This document shows, piece by piece, positions 1-15,555 of a stretch of 64,000 nucleotides of DNA. Position numbers and translations under genes: made by a program. Position 1 is the first letter of the stretch, and every line of letters starts with the position of its first letter. The DNA comes from Chrysomallon squamiferum (lineage: Eukaryota; Animalia; Mollusca). A model generated the notes under the pieces. It was not told the DNA's origin, made no database searches, and saw only the letters and a list, made by a program, of their open reading frames with translations. The stretch is from the NCBI GenBank assembly GCA_012295275.1, contig CM022679.1, positions 26,660,001 through 26,724,000 on the forward strand, in the 5' to 3' direction.

Positions 1-684
1 TTACTTAATTTTAAAAAAAAAAAAATTATAAAAGAAAGTATATCTTCATTCAAAACATCAAAAAAAAAAAAAAAAAAAAAAAAAAATAAATAAATAAAAT
101 AAAATAATAGTAATAGTAATAATAAAAAAAAGACATAAACCAAATTTAGGATGAGAAAAAAAAAAATCAAAAAAAAAGTAAAAAAACCCATAAGAGAATA
201 ATAATAATAAAAAAAAAAAAAAAAAAAATCAGAAAAAACGAAAAAGTAAAATCAAAAAATCAAAAAAAAAAAAAAAACAATAAAAAAAATTCAGAGAAAC
301 AAAAAAGTATCTGATCTAATCAACAATCCATTGTCTTTATAAAATTACATAATATAATTTGTTTTTCGCGAAACGTTGCTTTTCTGAAGCTGTTTATCCG
401 TAACTGAATTACACCTGTTCAAACAGCAAACAGCGCTGCTTTAATGAAAACGAGCTGGGTGTAAAAATAATATTTAAAAAATCACTCATTCCGAATCCTT
501 CTGGGAATTATTCTCGGCAAAACATATCACGATCGCTATGAAAAGCAGAGAAACAGCAGTTCGAGTGAAAAGTGTATAAGTTGTCAAATTGTATTAAATA
601 CATAAAGTAATTTTGCTTTGAAAAATAATCTTGTCTCCGGACGATAAAAAAAAAAAAAGGAATGAAAGAGAAGCCAGTAGATTG

Positions 685-720
<36 letters not shown>

Positions 721-924
721 ACACGGGGTTGGTTTTTAAAAATTAGCGTACAAAGTCAAAGTAATTTTGTTATCGTAAATGATTTGTTTTTATGGTGATG
801 GGGTGGGGGGAAGAAAAGGGGTGTAGAGTGTGGTTTTCAAAATGGAGAAACATTGTAGAATAATTCGTGGAAATTTAAAGCAATATTAATAAGAATAATT
901 GAAATAATAATAATAATAATGATG

Positions 925-958
<34 letters not shown>

Positions 959-1939
959 TGATGATGATGAGGATAATGATAATATAACAAATCTTTATAA
1001 CAAAATATTAATACGGTTCAAAAAGAAGAATTTTAAAAGTCAGTATAGAAATAAAATTGTTAATTTGAAATATATGAAAAAAAGAAAAACACTGATTTTT
1101 ATTAAAATTTTAAAAACATATTAGATACTAAGTCTAATTAACATAATACTATAATAATTATAATAATAATAATAATAATCATAATAATAGTAATAATAAT
1201 AATAATAATGGTTATAGTAATAGCAGTAGTAGTAATAGTAACAGTAATAAATAAATAAATAAAATAAAACAAAATAAAACCAAGCAAAACAATAAACAAG
1301 CTAAAAAAAAATATATAATAATAATAAAAACAAAATAAAAAGAAATAAAAAAATAAAAGCGGAAAACAAACTAAAAATTTTCCTAAAAAAAAGAAAAAAA
1401 AAAAAAAAAAATCCTCATCGGATGAAAAAAAACCAGAAAAAAGAAGAAAAAAACAAAAAAAAAACGAAGTTAATTTTCACTTAGCATGAATGGACGTAAC
1501 GACAACACACGTTCACGCAGTGTTTTTGCCACGCGTTTATTAACTGTGTAAACGATCGGATCGGAATTTAAGATCGTTGCAAATCCATTAGACTTAGCGA
1601 CACCTCGCGTTGATCCCTCAATTATCAGAGGAATGGAAATATTAAAGATTTTTTTTTTTTTTTCTGAAATAATCGAGGTGATGTCTCCTGGGCCCTTTAC
1701 GTCAAATTGTCAAGCATGTTCTGAAAGTAACTCGTGATATTCACTGGTGTCTGTACAGACGTAGTTCAATGCCGCAGTACACGGCGTAACTGTATCGCCT
1801 CCCATTATGTTAATAAAATGCAAATTGCAGGCCTTAACTGCCTCGTTACTTCTGCCGAGTTTTGTGATCATATTCAAACGAAAAGAATGAAGCTACGACT
1901 GCAGCGATTTCTCAAGAAGAAAGAGAAATAAAAATTTAC

Positions 1940-2620
<681 letters not shown>

Positions 2621-3740
2621 TTTATAATCGTTAGTGTGTAATCATGGATTTTGGCATATATATTTTCTTGTATACATATCAATTGACGCAATATATGTCT
2701 GTTTGATGACGGGGTCGTCGCAAATTTGAAGCTGAGGTGCTACAGGACATAAAATCAGATCTCGTAGCTTATGTTCCGGCTATTGCCCCGGAATACATTC
2801 ATTATAAAAGACAATGTTATGTGTTTTCCACGTATACGATAGATTCAGATTTTCTTGCTGTCAATCTAAAAGAATAGCTGAAGAAGTAGCTGTTTTCTTC
2901 TCTCGAATCATTTTTCACTTCTAACAGTATTTTACATATTTAATAGATATTTTATAAGTTTATGATGAATGTATACGAGAAGACTCTCAGCATCGATACA
3001 ACTATTTCAGATAAACTGGCCCCGCGACTGTTTAACTGCAACCAAATTGTTCTGAATCTAGAACAAGTCTAACGTCAGTGAGTCATCTTTACATTAACTA
3101 CAGCTCGCGTAACTAAACAGTACACGTGTTGACGAACCTGACTCTTCCAGTCAAAACAGGTTCAAGCTACGAAAAATACTATCTTCTGCTGTCTACTCAT
3201 TATCACATCTTTGGACCACGTAATACGAAACATCTACCGTATTCGATAAGCTGCCGTCTGTGTTCTGCACCAAACTATCAATTAAGCGTCTATTCTTTTA
3301 CGTGTAAGCTGTTTAATTTCCGTTAAGACTGGTTCCGAATTTACGTTTTCAATCAACGGCGAGTAAAATAAAAGTCTTGGGGCTGCGTGCGTGTCTATAA
3401 GACTGAAGATTTTCTTTGTCTCAGACTTAAGCGAGTAAATATCATGCGTCGTGATTCTGTTGCTGTTTGTTTGTTTCTGAGACTGAATTTAATATTAAAC
3501 TTTTCACCCACGAACGCTTCGTTGCTCAGACAAAATACGTTGCAGGAATACGATTGATCCGAGAACGACATTTCGATTGAAAAATTCTCGATAAAAACTC
3601 TTTGGTATTCAGTAGATCAGTTAACATTTGTATATCCAGACACTTTTTATTTCATCATCATCATCATCATCTTCATCACAACTTGTTGCTTATAATAGAC
3701 TTTATTAACGTGAAGCCTAGGAGGTCGAAGCTATACTTAC

Positions 3741-3938
3741 GACCATCATCAGTGACACCTAGCTTTTTACGCTCCAGTGAAAATAGACTGATGACCGAAA
3801 GCGGTGTTTGAAATGAAGCGGAAAGCCAGTCGACGGCCTCGTACTGAGTGGTAATCACAGTTTGGCGGGGTCGTCCTCCATCAAAGCCCAAATCCTGTAA
3901 AAAGAATTCACTGGCGATTTCAAAATCAATACCGAATG
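3741..3938 (-). other. Candidate spliced exon (198 nt, phase 1/1, open in one frame) of an unidentified minus-strand transcript
   Basis: Minus strand reads ...gtatcaccttttcgttgcag|CATTCGG...GATGGTC|gtaagt. One open frame (FGIDFEIASEFFLQDLGFDGGRPRQTVITTQYEAVDWLSASFQTPLSVISLFSLERKKLGVTDDG). No family recognised. Confidence 0.4.
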
Positions 3939-4138
3939 CTGCAACGAAAAGGTGATACACAAAGACTGACAGACAGACAGACAGGCAGGCGAAGATAATG
4001 GGTTGATGTGTGTGAAGGTGTGTAGGTGTATGTATGTATGTAGATGTAGATGTTTGTGTGTGTGTGTGTGTGTTTGTGAATGTGGGGGGTGTATTTATAC
4101 ATAAAGAGAAAGAAGGAGATACAAACATACAAAAATAT

Positions 4139-4169
<31 letters not shown>

Positions 4170-6394
4170 CATATACATACATACACACACACATACATAC
4201 ATACATATATGTGTGTGTGTGTGTAATTATGTGTATATCTGTCTGTATATGAATACATATGCGGTGCGTTTGTTTCTAAGTGTTTTTGTGTAAATGAGTC
4301 AGAAATATCAGGAGTCTTAATTATGGTTGAAGAACATTGTAATAAGAACGTTTAAAGGTATCTTAAGTTCGACTGTGTACACAAATGCATGCTATGTGCT
4401 TCTTTGTCAAATTCTGACAAAAGTAATTTAATTTCAGGTAGCAGTATTCTCTAATTCATTTATAAAAATTTCAAAATTACGTGTACCCTGAGAATAAAAT
4501 CGAGAGCTACCAACGTATTTAAAACCTCTTGACGTCAATTTGCCACACACGTCCTAACTTCATCTGTTCCTTCAAATTTCAATCTACACCCTCGACCACT
4601 TCGAACCTTTAAACCGTCGCATCTACAACCCCCAGCCTTCAAATCACAAAAAAAAAAAAAATAAATCTAGACGTTAGAATCTGTCTACATTTCACCCTCA
4701 CCCTAGTGCGAACTTTGACCCGCCGCGTCTACCCAAACCATCAAATCAGATTCACTAGAATCATTCAGCTAGCCACGTTAGTGTATGTTTAGGTTTCATC
4801 CCGTTTTAGAAACGACTGAAATCAGAGATCACAGACACGAACAATGTAACATTACTTCAGCGGATCCGTCTGATCGTTTTCGTCTAAGATTGCGCACTGA
4901 GCTTTCAGCCATTTACTGGACTGTAGCCAATTATTCAACTGATAGTTTGAATTACGAAATCGTAAAACAGTTTATCTTGATATTTATATTTCATTCTTAT
5001 CATAGAATTGTTGGGGTTTTTTGGGGGGTTTTTTAGGTTTATTGTGAAGAAAAATGATATTTCCTGCAAACGCTGTGAAGAGTTTATCTTTGCAGTGGAT
5101 GAAAAGATAAAAAGAACGTATTTTTTATTAGATGCGGATGTCATTAATTTTTATGTCAATGAAGCACTCCTTTTCTGCGTTTGTACCAGATACACAGGGC
5201 TTATATACAGAACAGTAACGTTATATTAAATACAGTATGGATTATTATAACTATTACGACATTCTGAGTTCAACGAGTTTAAACAAAACAAATCTGCTGA
5301 TTCAATAAAGCATAATATGATATTTATTATTTTTTTTTGGCAGATAACCCTATTAACACTCTCCGAGCAAGTATTAGAACTTTTTTTTTTATTATTATTT
5401 TACAAATCTATCTGTTAAGTCCATCCATACAAAATTAACATCCGGTATTTTTCTTTAGCAAATTCCCCCATGACGACACCCTCCCCATAATCACGTGCTG
5501 ACCCGCCCCAGGGCTTTCTGCACGAAGGAGGAGAAAGATTAGTTATCAGTTTGGGCACGATTCCCGTCTTCCGTTTGCGTCAGAATGATCCGCATTACAA
5601 TAGGAAAAATCGCTGGAGACATCATCAGCGTCATTTTTGCATGGACAAGAAAATCACCCATCTTTGTCCGCACAAAATAAACAGCCACCTCGCGGGACCA
5701 TCGGATAATGTAAACAGAAATTCCAACACGGCGCGTTTCTAAAGACAACACCGGTTTTTTTTTTACTGGATCGGTGCTCGGTAGCGTGTTATTAGCTATT
5801 CTATTTCTCCCCTGAGCGCAACAAAGACGAGGCGAACGGTGTCAGGTGGGACAAAAGACGACACAACGTATTTAATTACATGTTAACTTATTTACTTTTA
5901 TTTCTCTTTTATTCATTCGTCTGGGCCAGCAGGATCGTAACCCTGTCAGTTATGTTTTAAAGGGGAAAGGGTAGATTTCAGCAATGCGTTCTATAAAGGA
6001 AAAAGCGCTGCAAGCGATGGATTCTTATTTCAATCGAGCAAGGCGAAGGTTACGAATTTTAATGGAAGTAATGACAGAGAAAAACAATAGCAACTCTGAT
6101 TTTTTTTTTGGATTGAACAAATTATGGGGCACTGTTTGGAATAGTAGTAAAAACTACATATAAAACAACAACAGTACCACTACTACCATCACCAACAACA
6201 ACACTCAAAAACACCAAATCCACCACCATCACCAATAAGAACAACAGCAATATTGGAGTCTATCCATTGTATGTGTGTGCATGTATTTATGTATGTATAT
6301 AATATACGTATGTGGGTAAATGGATAACAGTAAGAATGGAAACTAGGTTGGCAGGGTACCTACATTCATATGTGTCATTATGTGAGTGTGTGTG

Positions 6395-6426
<32 letters not shown>

Positions 6427-6963
6427 TGTATGTATACAAACACACGTATACGTCCCTATCTACCTTTCTATCCATTCTTTTATTCATCTATCCATCCATC
6501 CATCCATCCATCTGTCCATCTATCTCTCTCAGTCTGAACAGATACAACCAAACAGTTCCAAACTAAACTATGCGCTGCACATAATGAAACTAACCGCTGG
6601 CTGCACACTAAAACGAAAACTGAATGTTTTGTTTTGTTTATTTAGTAGAAAACATTTGTTACATAAGTGATCTGTGCACTAATCGATTGATTGATTGATT
6701 GATTACCGCTGTCTCAGAGGAGGTTTCGTTAATCTGCATTTTGCTTCAGTGAGAGAGATGTGTGTGTTGATGCTCCAGTGCTGCAAAGTTGATTAAAATG
6801 GTGAAAGATGTAACCAGGTTAACCGACGAAATCGATTCACTGACACTGGCACAGGATGGAGGATTAACTGTGAGCTTTCTACCGACAGCAGTAAATCCAT
6901 GTACACGTACACCTCTTTTACACATACTCAGGGAAACAGAAATAATATATATACAATCACGTG

Positions 6964-7069
<106 letters not shown>

Positions 7070-7749
7070 ACAATAGACGTTTATTTGATATATATATTCT
7101 AAGGAGTAACTTTAGGTTTTGTGTGAGTGAGTGAGTGTGTTATTTTTCAGGACTGTCACATGGGAAGATCTTCAAGATGTTTTATTCATATATTATTTTC
7201 ACATAGGCTTGCTTCTTTTTTATTCGGATACGCTGTCAGGACTTTTAATGCAGTTTAATTATGCGGGGTACATACCAAGACACGTTTCCCAGAAAATCAG
7301 GGATAAGTAAATGCGGTAGCAGAGACATCAACTATTTTACCCACAGACAGCCGAAGTCATAACCACGATGACGTTGATAGTCACATTCCACTTGGAGCAT
7401 CAGACAGCAATGACGTCATCCCCATCGTTCATCGATTAGTTCATTGCACATTTATTATTACAAAGAGCCTCCACGGGGAAATTACTGAAGATTATACTGC
7501 CTCGTGTTGCTTTTGTTTCAAATCGTTTCATTTAAAAAAAAACGTCCGTAAAAAAAAAAAAAAAAAAAAAAAAATAAAAGCTACCAATCGCTTTGTAGTT
7601 CCGTTAAGTGCAGAGCGTTCTGGAAACTTGATCGTCTGAAACACGCGAGTCTTCTGCAAAGGAAAAGTCACTTTGAATTAATCACCGTGAGCGACGGCAA
7701 AAACCAAACTCCTCGCGACGACGTACCAGAGAAAGGTTGCCGTCGGTTT

Positions 7750-8235
7750 TAAATAATTATACGACGTCGAAACGTAACGTATTATCATCAGCTGCAGCTT
7801 CACCGTAGGTTAGTTTGACACAGTGTGTCTGTTTAAAATAATTATTACGTTCAAATGTAACGCGTTATCAGCAACAGTTGAATATCATTACGCTGAAATG
7901 TAACAGATTATCAGCATAAACTGAAAATTATGACGTTCAAACGTAATTCTTTATCAGCGGCAGATGAAAATTACGGACGTAGAAACATAAAAGGAGTAGT
8001 TCCAAATTATGATGTTGAAATGTGACCGGTTATCAGCAACAGTTCAAAATTATGACGTTGAAATGTGACCGGTTATCAGCAACAGTTCAAAATTATGACG
8101 ATGAAATGTGACCGGTTATCAGCAACAGTTCAAAATTATGACGTTGAAATGTGACCGGTTATCAGCAATAGTTCAACATTATAACGTTGAAATGTATTAT
8201 GGTTTATAACAAAGCTCAAAACTATGACGTTGATA
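7750..8235. repeat. 43-bp minisatellite with homogeneous core and degenerate 5' copies
   Basis: Unit agttcaaaattatgacgttgaaatgtgaccggttatcagcaac at 7998, 8041, 8084, 8127, 8170; diverged copies back to ~7750. Confidence 0.9.
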
Positions 8236-9041
8236 GATAGATGAACAGTCAGACAGACAAAGAGATAGACTGACAGATAGGCAAATATATAGTTTTGTCT
8301 AAAAAACAGTTTGGGGAGAAAAAAAAAAAGAAAAAAGAGAAAGAAAAGTAAGATGAAGCTGACTATTGTTATTATAAATCAAACTGTGTGAAGATTCCTT
8401 TAACTGAAAACCTTGGCGAGAACCTTTGGTCACACGCCGCGATTGGGTGCATACATCACTCCGCCAGTGAATTCCGTTTGCAGCAGAAGAATAAATCAAG
8501 TCGACGACATCATAAATTGATGTCGAGAGACCTTCGGGGACTTTTTTGCTGCGCCATCGTCATCGTAGACTGGGTCTGTGTCTGAGTCTCTCTCTCTCTG
8601 TATCAAGTCTTCTAAACGAACGTCGTTAAAAGTTCTTTCTATCCCGAAATAACCCGCGCGGGGCGTCGACCTTGTTCTTTGTCGGGATGGTAATTGATGG
8701 CTGGCGAATTATTCATCGCTACAGAAGCGATTCTTTACAAAGCTGTCAGTTATTAAAATAGCTGTGCATTCATACCTATACATATATGTATGAGAGTTTC
8801 ACATCGTTGTTTTGGTGTTGTAATTCTTTTTTTTTTTTTTTTTTTTTTTTTGGCTTTAAATGTGTGTTTGTGTGTGTATGTTTCTGCGTGTGTGTGTGTG
8901 CGTGTGTGTGGGGGGTGGGTGTGGGTCTGTGTGTGTTGGTGTGTGCGTGTGTGTGTGTGTGTGTGTTTAGTACTACTGACGATAGTGATAAGAGAAAGAA
9001 AAGCAAAACAAATTGTGACAAGCATTTTATTTCCAATAAAT

Positions 9042-9141
<100 letters not shown>

Positions 9142-9184
9142 GTACAGCACTCTATGTAATGTCTGTCTGTCTCCCTTTGTTCTG

Positions 9185-9215
<31 letters not shown>

Positions 9216-9345
9216 GTCTGTCTGTATGTATGTATGTCTGTCTATCTATCTATCTATCTGTCTGTCTGTCTCTCTGTCTGTCTATCTATCTCTTAGTTTT
9301 CTTTCTCTGAAAAGAAATGCAAAAGTATTTTCTTAATAAGCAAAT

Positions 9346-9395
<50 letters not shown>

Positions 9396-9764
9396 TAATA
9401 ATAAAACGCCACTTACTCTTATTAAATAAGCTCTAGCCATTGGAGCTGGACAAAAGTGTAATTGAGTTAAATCTTGCAGAGATGAACGTTTGAGCGTAAA
9501 AGCCACAAACTGAAGAGCGAGTCTGAATTACTTGAATTAACAGACTTAAACCAGAATCACAGAACGTATTTACTCAACGTGACGCTATCTACAGCTGATA
9601 GCGAGTCATACACGAACTGTGACGTTATTTATTGCAGCGTGGGATTCTTACCCAGTCTTGCTGTTATCCTTTCTTGTATATATTTGTTCTTCTGTATAAT
9701 GTATCTTTTCGTTCATATTTATATATCTGGCTGTCTTTCAGTGTACCTCCTCCTACTTACCTAC

Positions 9765-9771
9765 GTATGTA

Positions 9772-9808
<37 letters not shown>

Positions 9809-10038
9809 ATGTATGTGTATGTGTATGTATGTATGTGTATGTATGTATGTATGTGTGTATGTATGTATGTGTGTGTGTGTGTATGTATGTATATATGTAT
9901 TTGTGTGTGTGTGTGTGTGTATGTATGTATGCGGTGTGTATGTATGTGTGTGTGTGTGTATTTGTATGTATGTATGTATGTATGATTATATGTATGTGTA
10001 TGTATGTATGTATGTATGTATGTATATATATGTATATG
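9765..10038. repeat. Compound (GT)n/(GTAT)n microsatellite
   Basis: Direct reading; similar blocks at ~4025-4260, 24290-24400, 34925-35155 and 63270-63360. Confidence 0.92.
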
Positions 10039-11659
10039 AGTCAACACATCAATCTGTCTATATAAATATCTATCTCTCTCATTCACAGTGTATTTCACAA
10101 TGACATTTCTGTACACATACCATTAAAAGATCAAATATATATATATATATATTATTTATTTCTCTCTTCCATCTCTGTTATCATCTCTCTATCTGTGTCT
10201 TCTCTTAACTCCGTCTTTCTTTACTGCTCAGATTTGAAACTTTCACTTAACAAAAGAAATGAAAGAAAAAAGGAAACGGAGCTGTTAAAAATCGGACATT
10301 ATTATTTTTATTGCGCTTGATACCCGCAATCCTCCGATCTGTCTCGCACTGGCAGACATAAAACAGAAAATACAATATAGATGTGACGTGATTTCGTCAC
10401 ACGAAATATTATTCACCGTTTCGGTATTTTTTTTTATTTTATGTTATTTTATTTTATTTTATATATTTGATCGATACGTTCAGAAGACATAAAACTGGCG
10501 ATTCATGCTTTTTCCCAAACATCATCCCTTACCAAGAACGTGTTTCTCTCTTTTTTATGATGTATTTCTGTCTAACCGTAGTGTGTCTTGATGCTAAATT
10601 ATTTTGTGTTGCTGCTTTTTTTTAAATTTTATTTTTATATTTTTTGACTGCTGAAAGATCAGGCAGAGGCTAGTTCCTGATTCACTATATTACAATAAAA
10701 GATTTTATATACATCTGTAATGAATAACATACATACGTACGTACGTACATACAAACATACATAGATACACACACATATATTATTACATATATATACACAC
10801 ACAAATAGGCAATCATTCATATGTACATAAATACGTACATACATACACAGAAACAAATACATATAATATTTGCTTCTATATACATACGTAAATATATGTA
10901 TGTACGTATATATGTATATACATTTGTTATTAGTTTTTTAGTTGCAGCTGATACTTTTAGTCAACTTGTTTCCGAAGAGCAAACTGTTCTTTTTAATTTA
11001 ACTCCGTTCTACGCAATTTAATTTTCAAAACGTAAATATGGAGGCACAGAAATGTCGGTATCAGTAAAACCTGATTTAAGACTTCTAACGTCTTCTGCAC
11101 TGCCAAATTACCAGACTGACATAAGCAAGAAAAAAAATAAATTGATTTCTTAAATTCGTGACACCCTGTCGATATCCTGGAAGTCAAAAGTTCCCGAATA
11201 TCTGCCAGAACTGTCAAACTCATAAAATTACAATCTCTCATTTTTCTTTATATTTTCAAATTGTTTCTTGGAAATTAATTTAATATTTTCACCGACGTAA
11301 ATAAGTCTTCTTATATTTTTTAATAATTTTTTTTGTTTTGTTTTGTTTTTGTTCTTCTTTAGTTATTATTGCTCTTCGTTTTCGTTTCTTCTAACTGTGA
11401 AATCAAAATTCATGTGGTAAAGTGCTGTGCAGAAATAAAGCAGTAGTGTTTGAAAGAGGTAATTTATTTAACAGAGATGGTGCTGATGTTTTGTATACTG
11501 AAAGTCAATCGTGTTAAATCTGTATTCTGTTTAAAATAAATTAAAACATTTTTTTTTTTTTTTGAATCAGAGAATATTTATCTGATGAAACAAACCTTTG
11601 AATTTTTTGTTGTGGATTTTTTATTTTTTATTATTTTTACTATAATTTTTCGAGTATCC

Positions 11660-12065
11660 TTAGCGATATCTCTTCCAGTGGCTTTTTCAATGTTTTTTTT
11701 CCAGTGTCTCTTCAGTATCTCTTTAAATGCTTCTTTCAATATATTTATATTAGGGTCTCTTCGGTGTTTCTTTCACTATCTTCTACTCAAAGCAATTTTT
11801 GATCGAGTGTCTCTTCAAGAGTCTTTTCAAATTCTTCATTCAGTATCAGTTCAGACTCTTTCAGTCTCTCTTCTGTTCCCCACTTCTTGTGCCCATTTCA
11901 TATTTCTTCCAGTGCTTCTTTCATTGTCTTACCAAGTCTCTATTTCAAGGGCTTTTTTTTTTTTTTGTGTGTGTGTTTTCTAAATCGACTTTTCAGTGTC
12001 TTTTCCAGTGTCTCTTACAGAGTATCATCTAAATTTCTTTCAGTGTCTGTCTTAGAGTTTCTTTC
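11660..12065. repeat. Highly degenerate short-period (~12 bp) tandem repeat
   Basis: Recurring tttcagtgtctc / ttccagtgtctc-like words. Confidence 0.5.
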
Positions 12066-13367
12066 ACAACCTCTGTTAGAGACAGACTAAATTTGTTTCC
12101 AAGTTACTGCCGAGCCAACTTTTGAAGGACATTAACAAGTCGTTTTTTGACGATGTCACACAGACACTGCCAAATAATGTTTTCAAGACCCTTTACAACA
12201 ACCTACCAGGCTCTTTCAGTTCGCTTTTAAACCGTCCTTCTAGGACACTACCAGCCAAACAGTAACCTCAAGACTCTTTTCGATACGTCTTCCAGAAAAC
12301 TGAAAGTTTATTGTTTAAGGACGCTGTCACTTAGACTTTCAGACGTTCTAAGCATGAGAGCGCTTTTTATGTAGTAAACACATCAGAGGTTGTAAATAAA
12401 ATTATGAGTTTCTTCAGATAGCACGATAAGTGAAGGTCATCCGAAGTCTTCGGCAAGAGTGTATTATGTGTAATCAAATACAAAAATGCTTCACGGGCTG
12501 TACGAACATTAATCCACGTTTTTCTGAAACCGAATTAAACTCCGCTGACTAACCCTGCTCCGCGACAAATAAAAATAATACAAAAAAAAAAAAAAAAAAA
12601 AAAAGAAGAAGAAGAAGAAGAAAGAAAGAAAAAGGCCCAAGACTTCATTATGGAGATTTAAAACAGTTTAGCACCGCGGTCATCATTTACGATTATTTCA
12701 GAGTTAAGTGTGTGCGGCCATGTCGCGCACGCGATGCTGCTCGGCCAGTCGACCACGCAGTTTCACGTCGTAGCCATTAGCGACGTGGTCTGGCGAGAAT
12801 TAGCCGCTAGAAAGGACCGGGCTGAAAAATCTACATACCAGCCAGCACGCCATCTTTGTCTCTGGTGTATTCCCGGAACGCAATTCGGAGAATTACTGTA
12901 AATCATTGGGTCTTCTTTTTCTTTCTTCTTTTTTTTTTTTTTCCACGAGAGAGAGCTGAAGACACTAATCCAAGTTTCTCTACTTAGTCGTCTGCCAAAA
13001 TCTCGACCCTCAGATCTCTGGTTTTTAAATCCTCCTCCAGTTTTGCTTATTGAACTGTTCGTGCTCACACTTTCGGGAAATGGGGCTTGCAAATCCCTCA
13101 TATGTAAAGTCTTTTACCGTTTCGGGAGACTGTGATAAATGCTTTAGGAAGTAAGGAGGGAGATGGTGGTTGAGTGAAATAAGCGTAAAATAAATGTTTT
13201 AGAAGGTTTCGAGACGGCTGTGGTGTGACCAGCATTCAGATGGTGAAATGATGTTAGTCATTCGAGTCCAACACGAAAACCGCTAACGAGGAAGCTTGAC
13301 TGGGGTTGTAGTCAGTAGTAGCAAGATCAAATCTCGTACAAGGAATCCATTCATTTTTCTTTAATAT

Positions 13368-13417
<50 letters not shown>

Positions 13418-13517
13418 TTATTATTATTATTAACATCATCATCATCGTCGATTTTATAATTATTCATTGCTTTTATCTTTTAAAATTAGTAAATAAAATA
13501 ATAAAAAAAACAACAAC

Positions 13518-13604
<87 letters not shown>

Positions 13605-15256
13605 GTATCTCCCATCCTATATTAGCGTTACAGGTAAAAATAAAAAATAAAAATAATAATAAAATAAACAAAAATAATAATTAAAATTTACAACCGTATT
13701 TACAAGCCGTCAAGTCTTTCTATTCCATATCATTTATTTTTTAAGATTTACCTCAAAAGATAAGACGTAATTTCTTCTTTCTTACGTAAACATCATAAAT
13801 AACATTTAAATCTTCTGCCAGCCAAAAAAAAAAAAAAAAAAAAAAAAACATTTACAAAACAACCAAAAAAAACCCCAACAATTTTACATTTTCTTGGATC
13901 AGAAGAATATTGCTGTACTCTAAGCTTTGAAAGACGACAATGCAAAGCAACAAAACCAAATTTCACTGGGTCGTGTCTTAATGACACAGATTTTGTCTCT
14001 CTCGTAATCATGTTCCAGCCATTCACTGGCCTTTAAGGACAATTTCTTGTGTTATGTCTCTCACAAAGACAGTTCCAGGAAAGCCTGGTTAATCAGGAAA
14101 AGATATTCGTCTTTTCAAATTGTCTTGGTTCATTTTATGTCTTACGTAGTTGACTGATTCAATTCTTCATTCGTGTTTATCTCTAATTTTTATATTTATT
14201 TTGTTTTGTTTTATTTATTTGTTTATTTATTTATTTATTTATTTATTTATTTGTTTGTTTGTTCGTTTGGTTGTTTGTTTGGTTGATTGTTTGTTTACTA
14301 CTACTAGTAATAATAATAATCCTGCAGCTTATATTAATGACATCATCATCAATATTTTATTTTGTTAATTTTGATTTTGTTGTTGTCTTTCATTTTTTAA
14401 ATTTAATTTCTGGGGATTTTTTTCATCATATATTTGTTTTTATTTTATTAACATATTTTATTTTACTCTTACTACATTTTTACTGCTTAATTTATTTAAA
14501 TATTAAACTGAACTTTTATAGTAAAGAAAAATAATAAAAATATTAATAATTTAATTAACTTTAAAAAATTTTTTTATTGAATTAATTTATTTTTAAACGG
14601 AATTTTAACTCATATATATTTCATTTCACGGCTTCAAAGCATTTAATTTAATTTTTTCCTTCTTTCTTTCTTTCTTTCTTTCTTTCTTTATATTTTACTT
14701 TTTATTTTATTTTATTTTATTTTTTAATTTAATTTTTTGAACCGGCCATCTGTGTTTGATTGATTGATTGTAAAATGAAACCTGAGACGTCTGTGGTAGA
14801 AAATGAAGACGTTAAAAAAGTCTACACAGAATCAATCATGGAAAATTTTTTTAAAATTATTTTTTCTATAATTAAATGTTGCGAGCATAAACCGAGTGTA
14901 GAGTATAGAAAAGGAAACAAATTTCTTTCTACATTTAGAGGGAATGAAATTTTCACTGACTACACGAAGAATCTTATTTTTCTTCTTAATGCTCTATAGC
15001 GGTTGTATTTGAATATAAGGCTTTTAAGACAATATGACGTACCAAGCAAACTGGTCTATGCATGTGTTTTGTTTTGTTTTTTTCTCATTAACGATATTTT
15101 ACTGTTAATTTGCTTCTATATTTTGTCATCTTATACCTATCCATAATCTATCTGCCTAATAACTTATATAAGAATCTTACTCTCTACTTATATATGGATT
15201 TTCAGTAATACGTGTTTACGTACCTATATGTGAATGTGCTTCTGTATGTAGGTATG

Positions 15257-15287
<31 letters not shown>

Positions 15288-15388
15288 TATGTACGTATGG
15301 TAATATATATATATATATATATATATCTGCATGTATGTATGTATGTATCTATATATATATATCTATATCATGTTTGTAGATATGTATG

Positions 15389-15431
<43 letters not shown>

Positions 15432-15511
15432 AATATATATATATATATGTATATATATATCTATATATATCTCTATATCTCTATCTCTCTATCTCTCTCT
15501 ATGTATGTCTG

Positions 15512-15555
<44 letters not shown>

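Noticed and set aside
793-825. G-quadruplex candidate
   Set aside because: Only three clear G-runs; marginal.
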